Assembly: GCA_003166335.1 (NCBI GenBank)
Contig: PMWA01000095.1
Coordinates: forward strand, 1-10,448
Length of the DNA: 10,448 nt
Reading direction: 5' to 3'
From: Methanobacterium sp.
Lineage (GTDB): Archaea; Methanobacteriota; Methanobacteria; Methanobacteriales; Methanobacteriaceae
In this document: positions 7,685 through 10,448 of the stretch, one piece after another
How the letters are laid out: each line of letters begins with the position of its first letter
Position numbering within the stretch: position 1 is the first letter of the stretch
Notes under the pieces: generated by a model
Seen by the model: only the letters and a program-made list of their open reading frames with translations
Database searches by the model: none
What the model was told of the DNA's origin: nothing
Program-made: the position numbers and the translations under genes

Positions 7685-8398
7685 TTAAGTCTTCTTCAAG
7701 ACAAACATCATATGAGTACTGATTGGGTTTTGTTCGAAAGGTTTAAAAATTTTTTCGATGTTTTTGTAAATTTTTATTCCTATATGTTTGTCTAAAAAGT
7801 TTGGTAGCCATATTAAACCGTCGTCCATTCTAAATTCAATAATTTTAAATTTATTTTTTCTAAAAAGATTGATCATTTCTTTTTTGGATGGTTCATTTCG
7901 ATCATATCTTTTTTTTAATATTTTTGTAATTAATTTCGTTATTATAAAAATTGGACTATATTTGTTTGGGGACATGAAAATCCAGTAGCCTGATGGCTTT
8001 AAAACACGAGCGATTTCCTCACTTACTCTTTTTTGGTCCACATATTCAAAAAGACCTATAGTAACTACGACGTCAAATGTGTGATTTTTAAATGGTAAAT
8101 TGTGAGCATCTGCACGAAAAACATTTATAGTGTTAATTCGAGTTTTAAAAAATTTTACCATTGCATCTGAATTGTCAACAGCTGTTAAATCATCGGTGTA
8201 TTTTTTTATTTCTTTACTTACAACTCCAGTCCCACAACCTAAATCTAAGACATTTTTTTCATTACAATAAATGGATATTGAATTTGTAATCAAATGAAAC
8301 CAATGATCATGTAAATATCTCTCTCTTGAGATATTTTTATATCTATTTTCCCATTCTTCGAGGTCTATTTCATCGTAATTTGCCATAAGTTTACCCAT
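7685..8398 (-). CDS. Class I SAM-dependent methyltransferase (Methyltransf_11-like), 237 aa
   Basis: Motif I VLDLGCGTG, post-I TAVDNS, motif II ADAHNLPFKNHTFDVV, motif III RVLKPSG. TAATG stop/start overlap with the upstream gene at 8398. Confidence 0.92.
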   Translation of the reverse strand: MGKLMANYDEIDLEEWENRYKNISRERYLHDHWFHLITNSISIYCNEKNVLDLGCGTGVVSKEIKKYTDDLTAVDNSDAMVKFFKTRINTINVFRADAHNLPFKNHTFDVVVTIGLFEYVDQKRVSEEIARVLKPSGYWIFMSPNKYSPIFIITKLITKILKKRYDRNEPSKKEMINLFRKNKFKIIEFRMDDGLIWLPNFLDKHIGIKIYKNIEKIFKPFEQNPISTHMMFVLKKT

Positions 8399-9366
8399 TA
8401 TTTTCTTATAAATTTTTTTATTAAAGATTGAGATAAGTCTTTAATAATTTTTTGATTTATAGCATTAATATAATATAATTTTTTGGTGTTTAATGGTATT
8501 TGGTGTTTATCACATTGATCTATTTCTGATGCAAATTTGAATGAAACATTAAATTTAGAGATGAAATTCAGAAGTTTATCCATTTGATTTATGAAAAAAG
8601 AATCTGTCATGATGGGCGAATGAAGGCATATCTGAAAAAAGGGCATTTTATTATGATAATATTCCAGGAAACAGGCTAATAACCATTTAGAGCCTACTAA
8701 AGGAATAATTTCTGGGTTAACGTTTCCATATAACAAAGTTTGTGAAATGGGTAAAATAATAATTTTAGAATTTCCTTTTTCCTGATAGTTTACTATAGAA
8801 GGTCTATAGGGTTGTTGCAATCTCGGTTGTTGTGACCAATCATAATAAGATGTTTTATGTGAAGGCTGAGATGAACACTCGTGTGTGATTCCCGCTTTTA
8901 ATAAAGCTTTAATAGTTTCTTTAATTATTGACCATCGACCTGATACAAAAGAACTTACTTCTACACCAAATGATTCATTTATATAATCTTTACCTGTTTT
9001 AATCAGGGATAATTGTTCTTTAAAGCTGTGATTAACTAGAACTGTAGAATTATTGGACTGAGTGCATTGTTTCCAGAGGAATGAATCACCAACAAAAAAA
9101 CTATTCTCTCCTATAGAAAATTCTTTACATCCCGGGTGGATATGTAAACCAATTTCATGTTTTGATTCAGGAAAATACTGGACTACTTCTGGGCAGACAG
9201 CGAATGTTATCTTAGCTCCATATTTATCAGCTAACTTTGTTAAATTTTCAACGCCATTAGTCACACCTTTATTTGCACTTTTATTAAATATAATTTTTTT
9301 ATTTTTTACAAATCCAAATTCAGTATGACAAACAATTGCAATATCCATATTCATAAGTTCTTGCAT
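8398..9366 (-). CDS. Polysaccharide deacetylase-like protein (CE4/NodB-type barrel, WalW-like); the true start may be ATG 9354 or 9348
   Basis: IAIVCHTE (motif 1 position), KYGAKITFAV, HEIGLHIHP (HxH metal motif), EQLSLIKTGKDYINESFG, SFVSGRW, ILPIS, ICLHSP. Confidence 0.75.
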   Translation of the reverse strand: MQELMNMDIAIVCHTEFGFVKNKKIIFNKSANKGVTNGVENLTKLADKYGAKITFAVCPEVVQYFPESKHEIGLHIHPGCKEFSIGENSFFVGDSFLWKQCTQSNNSTVLVNHSFKEQLSLIKTGKDYINESFGVEVSSFVSGRWSIIKETIKALLKAGITHECSSQPSHKTSYYDWSQQPRLQQPYRPSIVNYQEKGNSKIIILPISQTLLYGNVNPEIIPLVGSKWLLACFLEYYHNKMPFFQICLHSPIMTDSFFINQMDKLLNFISKFNVSFKFASEIDQCDKHQIPLNTKKLYYINAINQKIIKDLSQSLIKKFIRK

Positions 9367-9464
9367 GTTATTTATAAATTAACCTAAAGATTCGTTTGTT
9401 CTTCAGGATTTACTAATGCAATCTGACAACTTGTGTTGAATATTCATACCTCCAAAAAAAATCT

Positions 9465-9974
9465 TTATATGAGTTTTCTAGGTAAGGCCTGATCCATATT
9501 TTTTTTAAAAGTTCTTACAGAATCGGCTTGTCTTCTGTGGTTGAGTGTCTAAAGTATGGCGAATTTCAGTCCCAAACTTCTTAATATGATTATCACTTGT
9601 TTTAAGGAGTATTAATGTTAAATCTATCTAGAATCAGTTTCGACTTCTTTGGTTGTCCAATCATCTCTGTCTTTTAAAATTTCTTTTAATTGCTTCTTTT
9701 CGTCATTTGTAAGTTTGGATGGCCTTCCACCTGCAAAACGTGGAATTATGCCATCATAACCGTCTTCATTCCATCGTTCTAACCAATTATAACCTGTAAC
9801 TTTTGTAATTCCAAGTTTTTCGCTTGCTTCAGGTACACTTAGGCCAGTGTATAGATAATTCATGAAATGTAAACGATTCAAAACCTTAACATCTTTTTCC
9901 TTTTTTCTTATCCGCTTTTTAAGCTCTTCAACAGTAATCCACTTCTCAACTTTCATCGAAGGAGTTCTTGTCAT
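9465..9974 (-). pseudogene. IS630-family transposase, degraded N-terminal DNA-binding part (HTH plus winged helix); no DDE domain
   Basis: The 116-aa ORF has SVPEASEKLGITKVTGYNWLERWNEDGYDGIIPRFAGGRPSKL...WTTKEV. Homology continues via a shifted frame at 9640-9614 (KLILDRFNI), then returns to the original frame at 9611 as YSLKQVIIILRSLGLKFAIL*TLNHRRQADSVRTFKKNMDQALPRKLI*. There is an internal TAG at 9551-9549 and a final TAA at 9467-9465. Confidence 0.85.
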
Positions 9975-10024
9975 AGATAATAATATAATTTTTATTAGTT
10001 AAAAAGGTTACGTATTTAACTTTA
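9465..10024 (-). mobile_element. Truncated IS630-family insertion sequence remnant (boundaries approximate)
   Basis: Defined by the transposase pseudogene. The left end probably lies about 30-50 nt upstream of ATG 9974 (minus strand AAAGTTAAATACGTAACC). I found no convincing right inverted repeat. Confidence 0.6.
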
Positions 10025-10097
10025 AATTTATTGATATGTAAATTCTTTATGATTTAAAAAACAAATTAAAATAATAGTAGGTGTAATTCAAAGGGAT

Positions 10098-10385
10098 ATG
10101 CAATTTGCGTGTTGATTATACTTAGAATATATGTTGAAATGTGAAGTAAAAACACATAGTAAATGTACTAGGATAGAACAGAAAGGATTCAAAAAATCGA
10201 GGCAAAGGGGTTGGAAGCCATACCAGTACTTAAACCTAAAGAATTTCCATGGCTTTATTGTTCCACGGGTAAAGCTGAATGTCACGACCTCAGTTTAAGG
10301 AAAATGTAAAGAATGTAAAGTTTGGAATGAAAATAATCTAGAAAAAGCAGATATATCAGAATATTAGTGTATAGATAAAAAATAG
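10098..10385 (+). pseudogene. Degraded small Cys-rich protein, DUF2769-like
   Basis: Fragments in alternating frames: LKCEVKTHSKC (10134-10166), KIEAKGLEAIPVLKPKEFPWLYCSTGKAECHDLS (10193-10294), CKECKVWNENNLEKADISEY*CIDKK* (10305-10385). The pattern LYCxxGKAxC...CxxCxVWxExxL...YxC is the one I recognise from methanogen DUF2769 proteins. Confidence 0.7.
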
Positions 10386-10448
10386 ATAATAAAAAAAAGA
10401 ATTATATTGTTATTATTTCTATTTTACTTCAAATTTCTTTGAATATGA

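Noticed and set aside
7788..7988. 66-aa plus-strand ORF
   Set aside because: Antisense to the methyltransferase; its hydrophobic look comes from the complement of Lys/Asn-rich codons.
9062..9328. 88-aa plus-strand ORF
   Set aside because: Antisense to the deacetylase-like gene.
9367..9385. GTTA...TAACCT as the right terminal inverted repeat of the IS630 relic
   Set aside because: Only short AT-rich matches to the putative left end, with different spacing; not distinguishable from chance.
9403..9453. GGAGGT followed by ATG and a 14-codon minus-strand mini-ORF
   Set aside because: The SD-like hexamer abuts the ATG with no spacer and the peptide is unrecognisable.
10088..10285. 65-aa minus-strand ORF
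   Set aside because: Better explained as the antisense of the DUF2769-like pseudogene on the + strand.
1..10448. CRISPR array, tRNA, rRNA or other structured RNA
   Set aside because: No regularly spaced 24-47 nt repeats and no GC-rich structured segment seen; intergenic regions are AT-rich or explained by pseudogenes.

Overview
Strongly AT-rich window that reads as part of an archaeal surface-glycan/polysaccharide locus, probably from a methanogen of the Methanobacteriales or Methanosarcinales type. That assignment is an inference from the gene families, a GGAGTGAT-type Shine-Dalgarno and a BRE/TATA-like motif. A + strand operon with overlapping genes (3' end of a GT4, a doubly frameshifted DUF362 gene, two GT4 glycosyltransferases and a polytopic GT-C-like membrane protein) meets a convergent hexapeptide-repeat O-acyltransferase. 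After that come a divergently transcribed GT4, a - strand pair of an atypical polysaccharide deacetylase and a class I SAM methyltransferase, a decayed IS630-family transposase remnant and a decayed Cys-rich DUF2769-like gene. The ORF track misses or splits the three pseudogenes and the partial first gene; I reconstructed them by hand. The best candidates for new biology are the DUF362 gene coupled to glycosyltransferases, the GT-C-like membrane protein lacking WWDYG, and the non-canonical deacetylase/methyltransferase pair. I saw no rRNA, tRNA or CRISPR array. Family assignments rest on motif recognition, not database searches.
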